Below, in pieces: positions 34,923-43,834 of a stretch of 46,013 nt of DNA. Every line of letters begins with the position of its first letter. Positions within the stretch are counted from its first letter, which is position 1. The DNA is taken from positions 1-46,013 of the forward strand of contig JBOGHQ010000263.1 of the NCBI GenBank assembly GCA_050744785.1, given 5' to 3'. Position numbers and translations under genes: made by a program. Below the pieces are notes generated by a model. That model was not told the DNA's origin. It worked only from the letters and a program-made list of their open reading frames with translations, and did not search any database. Source of the stretch: Acidimicrobiales bacterium (lineage in GTDB: Bacteria; Actinomycetota; Acidimicrobiia; Acidimicrobiales; GCA-2861595).

Positions 34923-35779
34923 TGCTGGACCTCTCCGTGATCATCCCATGCCGCAACGTCGCCGATACGTTGCAGCAGCAGCTCGACGCGCTGGCGCAGC
35001 AGACATGGGACGGGACCTGGGAGTGCGTGGTCGTCGACAACGGGTCCACCGACGAGACGGCGAAGGTGGCACGCGGCCACGTCGGGCTCCGAGGACGCCT
35101 CCGGGTCGTCGTGGCGACGCAAGGACGGGGCGTGAGCTACGCGCGGAACGCGGGCGTCCGCGCCACGGTGAGCAGAGCCGTGGCCTTCTGCGACGGGGAC
35201 GACATCGTCGCGCCCGGGTGGGTGGCGGCGGTCGGTGACGCGCTGCGGACCTACCCGCTCGTATCCGGCGCCATCGACGTGGAGCGCCTCAACACCGCCG
35301 CTCTGACGCGATCGCGCGGGGCGGTGCATGCGGACCGGCCACCTGTGTTTGGCCGCGTCACCTTCCTGCGCGGCAACAACGGCGGCATGCAGCGGACGGC
35401 TTGGGAAGGACTGGGGGGCTTCGACGAGCGCTTCATCGGCCTCGAGGACATCGAGTTCTCGCTGCGTGCCGCGGCCGCCGGGTGGGAGGTGTTCTTCGAG
35501 CCACGGGCGCTCGTCCACTACCGGTACCGCCCCGAGGTCGGTGCGCTCTGGCGTCAAGGCCTTTTCTACGGGCGGAGCTTTCCCGACCTGAGCGTCCGGG
35601 CCCGGCGGGCCGGCCTGCAACCGCCGGGGCGGCTGGCGGGCGTCCGCTCGTGGCTGTGGCTCGTCCGCCACGTCCCGAAGCTGGCGACGCGGGAGGAGCG
35701 GGCCGCATGGCTCTGGGTGCTCGCCAACCGGATCGGTGTCCTGTGGGGCTCCCTGCGGGCCCGGAGCCTTCATGTCTGA
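34922..35779 (+). CDS. GT2-family glycosyltransferase (paralogue 2 of a tandem pair)
   Basis: ATG at 34922 shares one nt with the previous stop (TGATG) and gives 285 aa. Motifs: LSVIIPCRN, VVVDNGSTDET, AFCDGDD. It is colinear with the preceding gene down to VHYR(H/Y)R...LWRQG..YGR. Confidence 0.85.
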   Translation: MLDLSVIIPCRNVADTLQQQLDALAQQTWDGTWECVVVDNGSTDETAKVARGHVGLRGRLRVVVATQGRGVSYARNAGVRATVSRAVAFCDGDDIVAPGWVAAVGDALRTYPLVSGAIDVERLNTAALTRSRGAVHADRPPVFGRVTFLRGNNGGMQRTAWEGLGGFDERFIGLEDIEFSLRAAAAGWEVFFEPRALVHYRYRPEVGALWRQGLFYGRSFPDLSVRARRAGLQPPGRLAGVRSWLWLVRHVPKLATREERAAWLWVLANRIGVLWGSLRARSLHV

Positions 35780-35809
35780 CCCTGGTCTGACCGGGCACGG
35801 TGAGCCGTC

Positions 35810-36766
35810 TCACGGTTGCCGTGGAGCCGTCTTCTCGGGACGAGGACGGGCGTCGGGCTCGATTGTGCGCCCGAGCCGGTGGCGCCAGCCGTCGTGGACG
35901 GCGCGCAGGTTCACGACCAGGTGGCGCCAGGCGAGCCCGGGGGTGATGAAGACGTTGCTCAGCGGCTTGCCCACCCCGACCACGAGGGCCACCCGAGCCG
36001 CGGCCGTTCGATGGCCGTGCCGCCCGAGGATGTGCACCAGGTTCCGGAGCGAGTAGTAGCGCCGCCAGTCGACCGGCCCGAGCTGGGCGCGGGGCCGCAC
36101 GGTCGGAGGGTCGCCCCTCGCTCCTGCCGCATCGGTGACCAGCACCGTGTAGCCGGCGGCCCGGAGGCGAAGGCCGTACTCGAGGTCGTCGAAGGCGAAG
36201 AACAGCTCGCTGGCGAACACCCCCACCCGCCGGACGGCCTCGACACGGTAGAGAGGGAACCAGCCCGACTTCAGGTAGTCCGCCGGCGCAACGCCCGAGG
36301 GCTCGGCCGTGACCGGGTGGAGGCGGCCACGCCTTCGATCGAGACGCGCCCCCCTGGCGCCGATGCCGCCGAGCGCGCCCAGCGGGCCTCCCGACGTGTT
36401 CGCCCGCCGGAGGAGCTGCTCCAGGACCTGGTCGTGCGTGGGCGGATCGTCGTCGTCGAAGACGGCGATCCAGTCATCGTCGCGGGCCGACGACAGCGCG
36501 TGCCTCATCCCGGCTGCGATGCCGCCGGCGGGGCCGAGGTTCTCGGCCGAGGCGAGGTAGTCGACCTGAGCCGCAGCCGTCGACGACCCGACCACCGCCG
36601 CAGTCGCCGGCGACGGCGCGTTGTCCACGACGACGAGGCTGTCGAGTGTGGTCGACTGCCTGGTGAGGACGTCGAGGATGCGGGCCAGCGCCTCGGGACG
36701 GCGGTACGTGACCAGGACGCCGTGCACGCGCTGGTCTCGGCTGGAACCAAGGTCGAGTTCTGGCAC
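35810..36766 (-). CDS. GT2-family glycosyltransferase (rhamnosyl/galactofuranosyl-transferase-like subgroup)
   Basis: 318-aa ORF from GTG 36766; an alternative GTG at 36727 gives VHGVLVTYRRPE... Motifs: VVVDNAPS, ENLGPAGG, VFDDDD, FFAFDDLEYGLR. Confidence 0.8.
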   Translation of the reverse strand: MPELDLGSSRDQRVHGVLVTYRRPEALARILDVLTRQSTTLDSLVVVDNAPSPATAAVVGSSTAAAQVDYLASAENLGPAGGIAAGMRHALSSARDDDWIAVFDDDDPPTHDQVLEQLLRRANTSGGPLGALGGIGARGARLDRRRGRLHPVTAEPSGVAPADYLKSGWFPLYRVEAVRRVGVFASELFFAFDDLEYGLRLRAAGYTVLVTDAAGARGDPPTVRPRAQLGPVDWRRYYSLRNLVHILGRHGHRTAAARVALVVGVGKPLSNVFITPGLAWRHLVVNLRAVHDGWRHRLGRTIEPDARPRPEKTAPRQP

Positions 36767-37045
36767 GTTCCGGTCCCCGTCGCGGCGAGAGCACGGAGCT
36801 TAGACCGGCCCAGCTGGCAGCCTGAAGCGACGGAGCTCGACCGCCGCCGCGGTCCGGATGCCTCGGGATCGGACCGTCACGGTAGTGTCGCCGCCGTGTC
36901 GGGAGACGACGGCGGTCGAGCCGGTCGGAGGCGTCGTCAGCCCCGCCCGCACCCAACCGGGCGTCCCATGGCGACCTTCGGCGGCACGGACGATCCGGAC
37001 TGAACACGCCCGAGTGGACGGCGGTCGAGACGATCATCGTCGCCC

Positions 37046-38599
37046 ATGAGGCTTCGAACCCTCACCGCACCTGATGGCCCAATGAGGATCGTTCGTGCCG
37101 GCGCCCTCGGGTCGCTCCGTCTCGCACGGCGGCTCGGCACCTACCGCGTGGTGGCGACGGTGGTTGCGGTCCCGCTTCTCACCCAGAACTGGAACCGCCG
37201 GTGGGCGGGCGACATCTACCTGCACGCGGCGGCCGTGGCCGAGGTGGCCCGGCATCCCCTCTCGCCCGGCAACCCCCTGGTCGCCGGTGATGCGGCCGAC
37301 CCGGAGTACTCCCCCTACATCGTGCTCCTCGGCGCGTTCACCCGAGTCACGGGGCTCGACGTGTTCACCACGCTCCGCCTGGCCGGCGTCCTCGCCCTGA
37401 TCACCCTTCTCGTCGTGGTGCCCTGGGCGCTCGACCGGCTGGTCGACGACCGCTCGGCGGCTCCGTGGTTCCTGGTGTTCACGCTGGTCCTGTGGGGTTG
37501 GGAGCCGTGGCGCTGGAGCGGGTACCTCAACCTCAACTCCATCGGGTTCATCCTCCCCTACCCATCGGTCGTGGGCGCTTCCCTGCTCCTGGTCGGTCTG
37601 GCGTTGACAAGGCGGCTCCTAAAGCGGCCGACGCCGGCGAGGGGGGCGGTGCTCGGCCTGCTCTCCGGGTGCCTCCTGCTGGTGCACCCCTTCTCTTCGA
37701 TCTCGATGGCCGTCGGTGCGGCCGCGCTGCTGCTCGGTGGCCGCCGCTTCGGGCGCTCCCAGGCGCGGGCGCTGGCTGTCGCCGTCGCCGTCGCGGCAAC
37801 GGTGGCACTCTCATGGCCGTACTTCCCGGTGCTGAAGTTGCTGTCCGAGGGCTCGATCTACGACCCCGTGCACGAGACCCTCTACGACGGGATCCCGGTC
37901 CGGACGCTCCTCGCCCTGCCGGGGGTGGTGACCCTCTGGGCGGCATGGCGCCGCGACCACCTCGATCCGCTCGCCCTCGCTTTCATGGGTGCGGTCGGGA
38001 TCTACGCCGTGGGTGGGCTCACCGGCAGGGAGAGCCTCGCCCGCGTGCTGCCCCTCGCCATGCTGGCCGCGCACCTCTCACTGGCCGTGGCGACGAGCCG
38101 GCTGGTGAAGGACCGATCGCGCCGCGCTCGATCCCCCTTGCTGGCAGGAGCGTTCGGGCTGCTCCTGGTGGGCGTTCTCGGTTGCGTGGAGGCCCTTCCG
38201 AACATGGTCCCTCCTCCACTGCTCCCCGCCTCGCTCCGCTCCGACCCAAGGGCCCAGAGCGAAGTCGAGCGAATGAGCGTTCTCGCCAGCCTGGAGCCGG
38301 GGCGGACCATCGCGACGGACATCGGGTTGGTCAACCGGGCGGCCCCCGCCTTCGAGCTGAAGACCGTCTCGGCGGGGTTCATCGAACCGTTCCTCGAGGA
38401 CCGGATTCAACGTGAACAGGCGAACACGGCCCTGTTCGCAGCAGCCACGCCGTCCGGCCTTCGACGATCCTTGCTGCGCCGCTACGACGTGTCGTACGTC
38501 ATCACGACACCAGGGAACCCTGTGCTCGACGAGATGGCGGGACGTCGATTCGACCTGGGCGGGTTCCTGGTCGTCGAGCTTCGGCGTCCGACCCGGTAG
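37046..38599 (+). CDS. Large polytopic membrane protein with a C-terminal soluble domain (paralogue A), possibly a GT-C-type glycosyltransferase or polymerase
   Basis: 517 aa with about 12 TM helices. The first outer loop is WAGDIYLHAAAVAEV. A conserved block WGWEPWRWSGYLNLNSIGFILPYPS is encoded at about 37493-37567. The C-terminal ~130 aa are non-membrane. It is clearly paralogous to the minus-strand gene at 41241-42773. Confidence 0.75.
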   Translation: MRLRTLTAPDGPMRIVRAGALGSLRLARRLGTYRVVATVVAVPLLTQNWNRRWAGDIYLHAAAVAEVARHPLSPGNPLVAGDAADPEYSPYIVLLGAFTRVTGLDVFTTLRLAGVLALITLLVVVPWALDRLVDDRSAAPWFLVFTLVLWGWEPWRWSGYLNLNSIGFILPYPSVVGASLLLVGLALTRRLLKRPTPARGAVLGLLSGCLLLVHPFSSISMAVGAAALLLGGRRFGRSQARALAVAVAVAATVALSWPYFPVLKLLSEGSIYDPVHETLYDGIPVRTLLALPGVVTLWAAWRRDHLDPLALAFMGAVGIYAVGGLTGRESLARVLPLAMLAAHLSLAVATSRLVKDRSRRARSPLLAGAFGLLLVGVLGCVEALPNMVPPPLLPASLRSDPRAQSEVERMSVLASLEPGRTIATDIGLVNRAAPAFELKTVSAGFIEPFLEDRIQREQANTALFAAATPSGLRRSLLRRYDVSYVITTPGNPVLDEMAGRRFDLGGFLVVELRRPTR

Positions 38600-38670
38600 A
38601 GCCGCGGCCCGCTTCGTCGGACGGGCATCGACGGCGCGCCACCCGGCCGTTGCCGCGTACCGTCTCTGAG

Positions 38671-39462
38671 ATGCGTGAGGCGGTGAAGAGGGCGCTGGCC
38701 AGGATCCCCAGGGGAGAACGCTCCGGCGGGACCACCATCTTGATCTACCACCGGGTCGGGGGCGGTTCGCTCGACGAGCTCGACACGCCTCGGCCCGCAT
38801 TCGAGGCCCAGCTCGACGCCCTCGGCGAGTACGACGTCGTGAGCCTCGACACCGCCCTCGACCGCCTCGACGCCGGCGACCGCCGCCCGAGCGTGGTGCT
38901 CACCTTCGACGACGGCTTCCGGGACCTGTCCGACAACGCCTGGCCCCTGTTGCGCGAGCGGGGCGTCCCCTTCACCGTGTACCTCGCAACCGGGTACGTC
39001 GGGGGCATCATGCACTGGGAGGGGTCGACGGCACGGGCTGCGGGAGCGGCCCTCACCTGGGAGCAGCTCGGCGAGATGGTGGGCTCTGGGTTGTGCACCG
39101 TCGGCAACCACACCCATTCCCATGCCCGCCCCTGCGAGCTGACCTCGGCCGAGGTGGACCGGTGTTCGGACGAGATCGAGATGCACCTGGGTGCGGCAGC
39201 CCGGCCCCGCCATTTCGCCTTCACGTGGGGCGTCGAGGTGCGGTCGATGCGCCCCATGCTCCACCAGCGCTTCCGGTCGGCGGCGACCGGACGGCTCGGA
39301 CGCAACATGCCGGGCTACGACCCCATGGCCCTGCGGCGGGTCCCCGTTCGCCGCAGCGACCCGGTCGAGTTCTTCGTCGCCAAGCTCAGCGGCAGCCTGC
39401 TCCCCGAGCGCTCGTACGATCTGGCCGTCAAGGTGGCGAAGCGGCTGGGCGCGCGTGGCTGA
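38671..39462 (+). CDS. Polysaccharide deacetylase (CE4 / NodB homology domain)
   Basis: ATG at 38671 gives 263 aa; the track ORF starts at TTG 38650. Motifs: LTFDDGF (the Asp-Asp motif) and GNHTHSH (the metal His pair). Confidence 0.8.
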   Translation: MREAVKRALARIPRGERSGGTTILIYHRVGGGSLDELDTPRPAFEAQLDALGEYDVVSLDTALDRLDAGDRRPSVVLTFDDGFRDLSDNAWPLLRERGVPFTVYLATGYVGGIMHWEGSTARAAGAALTWEQLGEMVGSGLCTVGNHTHSHARPCELTSAEVDRCSDEIEMHLGAAARPRHFAFTWGVEVRSMRPMLHQRFRSAATGRLGRNMPGYDPMALRRVPVRRSDPVEFFVAKLSGSLLPERSYDLAVKVAKRLGARG

Positions 39463-40600
39463 GCCATCCCGACGAACGTCGACCGGCCCGCTCCGGGTCG
39501 CCCATCTCACCACTGTCGACATGAGCCTGCACCTCCTGCTGGCGGCCGAACTGCGGGCTGACGTCGAGGCCGGGTTCGAGGTCTTCGGCATCTCCGCGCC
39601 GGGCCGGTACGTCCCCGCCGTCGAAGCCCTGGGCGTCACCCACGTCCCCGTGGCGAGCCTCACCCGTGCATGGTCCCCGAGCCGGGACCTGCGGGCCGCG
39701 TCGGAGCTGTTCACCACCTTGCGGCGCCTCCGCCTCGACGTGCTCCATACCCACACGCCCAAAGCGGGGGTGCTCGGCCGGGTCATGGGCCGTGCCGCCC
39801 GCGTCCCGGTGGTCGTCGACACCTGTCACGGCCTGTGGATGAGAGACGACGACAGCCGGGCCAAGAAGGCGGCCGTGGTGGGCGTCGAAGCGCTTGCCTC
39901 GCAGTTCGCGCATTTCGGGCTGTACCAGAACGCCGAGGACCGCCGCGCCCTCCGCCGCCTGGTGAGGCAGAGCCGCTCCCGGGTGGTCGGCAATGGCGTC
40001 GACCTCCTTCGGTTCCGCTTCGACGCGGCTGGCCGGGAAAGGGTGCGAGCCGAGCTCGGGGTGAGGTCCGGGGAGCAGCTGGTGGGCGGGGTGGGCCGGC
40101 GCGCGGCCGAGAAGGGCATCCCCGAGCTCGCTGCCTCGGCCCGAGCGCTGGAGGGACGGGCCCGGTTCGTATGGGTGGGCCCGCCCGACGTCGGCAGCGG
40201 CCCCGAGCCGGCCGGCCTCACCTTCCTCGAGGAGCGCACCGACATGGCCGCGGTGTACTCGGCTCTGGACGTGTTCGCTCTTCCGTCCCACCGCGAGGGC
40301 TTCTCGCGCTCGGCCATGGAGGCCGCCGCCTGCGGGCGCGCCATGGTGCTCAGCGACATCCGGGGCTGTCGGGAGATCGGCGAGCACGACCGCCACGTCC
40401 TGCTCGTGCCGGCCCACGACATCGGCGCACTCACCGACGCGCTCGGCCGGCTCCTGGACGATCACGCCCTTCGCCATCGACTGGGGGAGGCGGCCCGCCA
40501 GCGAGCCGAGCAGGAGTTCGACCAGCGCCGGGTGGCGCAGGCCTCCATCGACACGTACCGGCTGGTCGCGGCGCGGCGCGGGCTGGCTTGGCCGCCATGA
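39455..40600 (+). CDS. GT4-family glycosyltransferase (PglA/WbpH-like position next to the priming transferase)
   Basis: GTG at 39455 overlaps the CE4 stop by 8 nt and gives 381 aa. Motifs: LRVAHLTTVDMS..., HTHTPKAG, and ...PSHREGFSRSAMEAAACGRAMVLSD... (E(x7)E). Confidence 0.8.
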   Translation: MAEPSRRTSTGPLRVAHLTTVDMSLHLLLAAELRADVEAGFEVFGISAPGRYVPAVEALGVTHVPVASLTRAWSPSRDLRAASELFTTLRRLRLDVLHTHTPKAGVLGRVMGRAARVPVVVDTCHGLWMRDDDSRAKKAAVVGVEALASQFAHFGLYQNAEDRRALRRLVRQSRSRVVGNGVDLLRFRFDAAGRERVRAELGVRSGEQLVGGVGRRAAEKGIPELAASARALEGRARFVWVGPPDVGSGPEPAGLTFLEERTDMAAVYSALDVFALPSHREGFSRSAMEAAACGRAMVLSDIRGCREIGEHDRHVLLVPAHDIGALTDALGRLLDDHALRHRLGEAARQRAEQEFDQRRVAQASIDTYRLVAARRGLAWPP

Positions 40601-41190
40601 GGCGGACCGTCGACGTGGTCGTGGCCGTTGTGATCGGCGTCGTCCTGGCGCCCGTCATGGCCGCTGCAGCCCTCGCCATCCGAGTCACCATGGGTCGTCC
40701 CGTACTGTTCCGCCAACGGCGAAGCGGGCAGCACGGTCGGGAGTTCTCCATCGCCAAGTTCCGCACCATGCGGGCGCCGCGTCACGAAGGCGAGCCCGAC
40801 GCCGATCGGCTCACGCGGCTGGGCCACTTGTTGCGTTCGACGAGCCTCGACGAGATCCCACAGCTCCTGAACGTGGTGAGGGGCGACATGAGCCTGATCG
40901 GGCCGAGGCCCACCCTCCCCGAACAGGTCGCCCACTACAGCGCCCACCAGCGGCGGCGCCTGGAACTGCGGCCCGGGATGACCGGGTGGGCGCAGGTTCG
41001 TGGCCGCAACGCCATCACCTGGCCGGAGCGCATCGAGCTCGACATCTGGTACATCGACCACCGCTCCCTGCTGCTCGATCTGCGCATCCTCGTGCTCACC
41101 GTCCGCAACCTGTTCAGGCGGGAGGGCATCACCGGCCCGGGAGGCGTGAACCAAGGCTTCCCGGTGCCACCGCCAGACGAGGACCGATAG
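40597..41190 (+). CDS. Small monotopic polyprenyl-phosphate sugar-1-phosphate transferase (bacterial sugar transferase family, PglC/WcfS-like): the priming enzyme
   Basis: ATG at 40597 (ATGA overlap with the GT4 gene) gives 197 aa. It has an N-terminal re-entrant helix (VDVVVAVVIGVVLAPVMAAAALAI). Motifs: GRPVLFRQRRSG, FSIAKFRTM, LDEIPQLLNVVRGDMSLIGPRP. Confidence 0.9.
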   Translation: MRRTVDVVVAVVIGVVLAPVMAAAALAIRVTMGRPVLFRQRRSGQHGREFSIAKFRTMRAPRHEGEPDADRLTRLGHLLRSTSLDEIPQLLNVVRGDMSLIGPRPTLPEQVAHYSAHQRRRLELRPGMTGWAQVRGRNAITWPERIELDIWYIDHRSLLLDLRILVLTVRNLFRREGITGPGGVNQGFPVPPPDEDR

Positions 41191-41240
41191 CCACGAGTCG
41201 TGCCTCGGCCGATGCCGTACCGGTCAGGCGGCGCGGGCGG

Positions 41241-42773
41241 TCATCGGTCGACCGACACCAGGACGAACCGCCCGTCTCGGTAGACCACCGACCCGAGCGC
41301 CTCCGCCTCGTCGTCCGACCGGCCCTCGAGCAACACCAGCGAAACCCCATAGCGCTCGATGATCCTGCGGCGCTCGCGAGCCGACGTGGTGGCGAAGAAC
41401 CGGGAGACGTCGCTTCGGCGCTGCTCGGCGTCCTCGAGGAGCGGCGCGATGTACCCCGGCGCCACCACCTTGGCCCCGAGGCCGGGCGCCACCCGGGCCG
41501 GCCGCCGCCCACGCACCAGCAGCACGTCCTCTCGCGATGTCTCCTCCAGGAAGCGCAGCTCCTCGTCGAGCGGCCTGAGGCGCGCGTCATCGGCCACGCC
41601 AGCCGGCAGCAACGGCCGGGGCACGGCCCTGGACAGGCCGGCCTGGCTGCCGGCGACACCAACCATCAGGAGGAGAGCCCCGCTTCCCAGCACGGCGGCC
41701 CTCCGCCCCTGGCGCGCGCCTCTCCAGAGCGCCGTTCCCGGCCCGGCGACCCAGACGCCCAGCGCGATGTGGGCCGACAGCATGGCCAACGGGAGCGCCC
41801 GTCCCAGGCTGTCCCGGTCCGTCACCCAGCCCACCATGAACATCGCCCCCGCCAGGGCGAAGGTGAGCACCAGCGGGTCACGGCGATCGGCCCTCAGTCG
41901 CGCCGCCAGCGCCGCCAGCGCCGGAAGGGCCAGGAACGTCCTCACCGCCACCAGGTGGTACAGCGGTCCGTGAGCCCTGTCGTAGAGGAACGCCTGGTCG
42001 AGAACCTCGAGCAACGGGTAGTACGGCCACAGCAACGCCAGGGCGGCGGCCGCGGCGGCGGCGGCCATGAGCCTTGCCACGACACGTATCGGGCTCGAGC
42101 CCAGGCGCGCGACGGTGACGGCGGCCGCGGCCAGGACCATCGCCACGCCGGTGAACGGGTGGGTCAGGACGACGGCCGCACCCGAGAGGGCGAGGACCGC
42201 CAGACGACCGGGACGGGGCCGTTCCAGCCCGCCGTACAGGGCCGACAGACCGAACAGCATCACCGCGAACGCGAACGTCGAAGGGTACGGAAGACCGAAC
42301 CCGATCGAGTTGGCGTTCAGGTACCCGCTCCACCGCCACGGGCCGATGCCCCAGAGGAACAGTGTGGCGAGGAGCGACCAGAACGGTGCGAGCGGCGCAT
42401 CGGAGAAGCGGCGCACGAACACCTGAAGACCCACGAGCAGGAGCACCAGATTGGCCAGGGCCGCCACGGACAGGACGTCGCCGACGCCCGCTCCCGTCAC
42501 GCGGACGACGAGACCGAGCAGCAGGGTGTAGGGAGACAGGCTGGGATCGGGGGCGGGCGAGGGCGTGAGGGGATGAGCCGGAGTCCACGGGTCCAGGCTC
42601 AGCTCGAGAACCGCCGCCCGGTGCAGCCAGTAGTCCCCCGACCATCTCTGGCCCCACGTCTGTGTGGCCATGGCCGCGACGAGGACGGCACTCAGGAGGA
42701 CGTACGGGCCCGAGCCGGGCCAGGACGGGCCACGACCGACCGGCCACCTCCTTCCCCGCCACGACCACGTCAC
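41241..42773 (-). CDS. Large polytopic membrane protein with a C-terminal soluble domain (paralogue B of 37046-38599)
   Basis: The track ORF starts at GTG 42824 and overlaps the upstream gene by 38 nt. The in-frame GTG at 42773 avoids the overlap and gives about 510 aa. Blocks shared with paralogue A: WSGDYWLH, WGIGPWRWSGYLNANSIGFGLPYPS, THPF, LPLAMLSAH, and a C-terminal ...ERYGVSLVLLEG. Confidence 0.75.
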   Translation of the reverse strand: MTWSWRGRRWPVGRGPSWPGSGPYVLLSAVLVAAMATQTWGQRWSGDYWLHRAAVLELSLDPWTPAHPLTPSPAPDPSLSPYTLLLGLVVRVTGAGVGDVLSVAALANLVLLLVGLQVFVRRFSDAPLAPFWSLLATLFLWGIGPWRWSGYLNANSIGFGLPYPSTFAFAVMLFGLSALYGGLERPRPGRLAVLALSGAAVVLTHPFTGVAMVLAAAAVTVARLGSSPIRVVARLMAAAAAAAALALLWPYYPLLEVLDQAFLYDRAHGPLYHLVAVRTFLALPALAALAARLRADRRDPLVLTFALAGAMFMVGWVTDRDSLGRALPLAMLSAHIALGVWVAGPGTALWRGARQGRRAAVLGSGALLLMVGVAGSQAGLSRAVPRPLLPAGVADDARLRPLDEELRFLEETSREDVLLVRGRRPARVAPGLGAKVVAPGYIAPLLEDAEQRRSDVSRFFATTSARERRRIIERYGVSLVLLEGRSDDEAEALGSVVYRDGRFVLVSVDR

Positions 42774-42786
42774 GGGCCCGGACGCT

Positions 42787-43797
42787 TCAACCAGGGCCCT
42801 CCCGACGGGAGGGACTGGCGGCACCCACCAGGGCCGCCGCCGTCAGCGGCACGGCGGGGAAGTGCAGGACGTAATCCACGCTGGCGTGAAGCCCCAAGGC
42901 GGCCATGGCGACGGCTGCGAACAGGGTGAAGGTGTCGAGCGTGGCCCACCACAGACGGGCGAAGCCCCACCAGAACACGGCGAGCATCAGCAGGAGGCCC
43001 ACTGCGCCCTCCTCGGCCGCCTGCTGCAGGAAGCCGCTGTGCGCCCAGCGGGCATCCGGGTCGGCACGAGCTGTCGGGCTGACCTCCCGGAAGCTTCCCG
43101 GGCCTGCGCCGTCGAGGGGGTGGTGACGAGCGATGACGGCGGCATCCTTCCAGAGCACCACCCGCCTGTCGTCGACCAGCCGCCCGGCCCATCCGACCGT
43201 GGTCGGCTGGTCGCTGACGGCCTGGGCGACGCCCACGAAGGCGGTGACCGCTACCACCGCCTGGAGGACCACGGCGCACACGATCACCGGTTCCCGCACC
43301 CAGCCGGCCGCCCTGGCGGCCAGCACCAGGACGGCGAGGCACAGGACCACGACGCCGGTGATCGACCCGCTGACCACCGCGGCCAGGGCGAAGGCCACGC
43401 CCACCGGGAGCGCGATGGCGGTGGCGGGGCCGGGAGGGAACGCGGCGGCCGCCATGACAGCGGCGACGGCCGCCAGGACGTACAGCGCGGCGTTGGCGTT
43501 GGCGTAGCCGAGCGGGGGGCTCAGGGGCGCAAGGCTCGGCACGACGGAGCCCAACACGAGGGCGCTGGCGACGCCGGCCACCACGGTGACGGGGACCAGT
43601 GGCCGCTGCCAGCGAGCGGCTGCCCGGGCCGCGACGTAGGTGACCGCACACGCGCATTGAAGCCCCGCCAGAGGGAGCGGATCGCCGCGACCGGACCGGC
43701 CCGTCCAGAGGGTCCAACCCACGGAGGCCACCGCGAGCCCGATACCGGCGACGTCGAGTGCCCGGGCCGCGGCCAGCGGTGCCGCCCCGATCGCCAT
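42787..43797 (-). CDS. O-antigen ligase/polymerase-like membrane protein (Wzy_C / WaaL family)
   Basis: 336 aa with about 9-10 TM helices. The outer loop VVLWKDAAVIARHHPLDGAGPGSFREV...RWAHSGFLQQAAEEGAVGLLL matches the Wzy_C signature (R...W......HP..G.G.G.F ... H...L....E.G..G). Confidence 0.65.
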   Translation of the reverse strand: MAIGAAPLAAARALDVAGIGLAVASVGWTLWTGRSGRGDPLPLAGLQCACAVTYVAARAAARWQRPLVPVTVVAGVASALVLGSVVPSLAPLSPPLGYANANAALYVLAAVAAVMAAAAFPPGPATAIALPVGVAFALAAVVSGSITGVVVLCLAVLVLAARAAGWVREPVIVCAVVLQAVVAVTAFVGVAQAVSDQPTTVGWAGRLVDDRRVVLWKDAAVIARHHPLDGAGPGSFREVSPTARADPDARWAHSGFLQQAAEEGAVGLLLMLAVFWWGFARLWWATLDTFTLFAAVAMAALGLHASVDYVLHFPAVPLTAAALVGAASPSRREGPG

Positions 43798-43834
43798 GCG
43801 GCCTCACGGTACCGGCGGAAGGCAGGATGGGGAC

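Noticed and set aside
36767-37045. 279-nt divergent spacer containing a 63-aa ORF (36858-37049)
   Set aside because: The ORF translation (MPRDRTVTVVSPPCRETTAVEP...) has no family features and weak codon bias. The region is more simply the divergent promoter region of the GT2 gene and membrane-protein paralogue A. No clear repeats or structured motif were seen.
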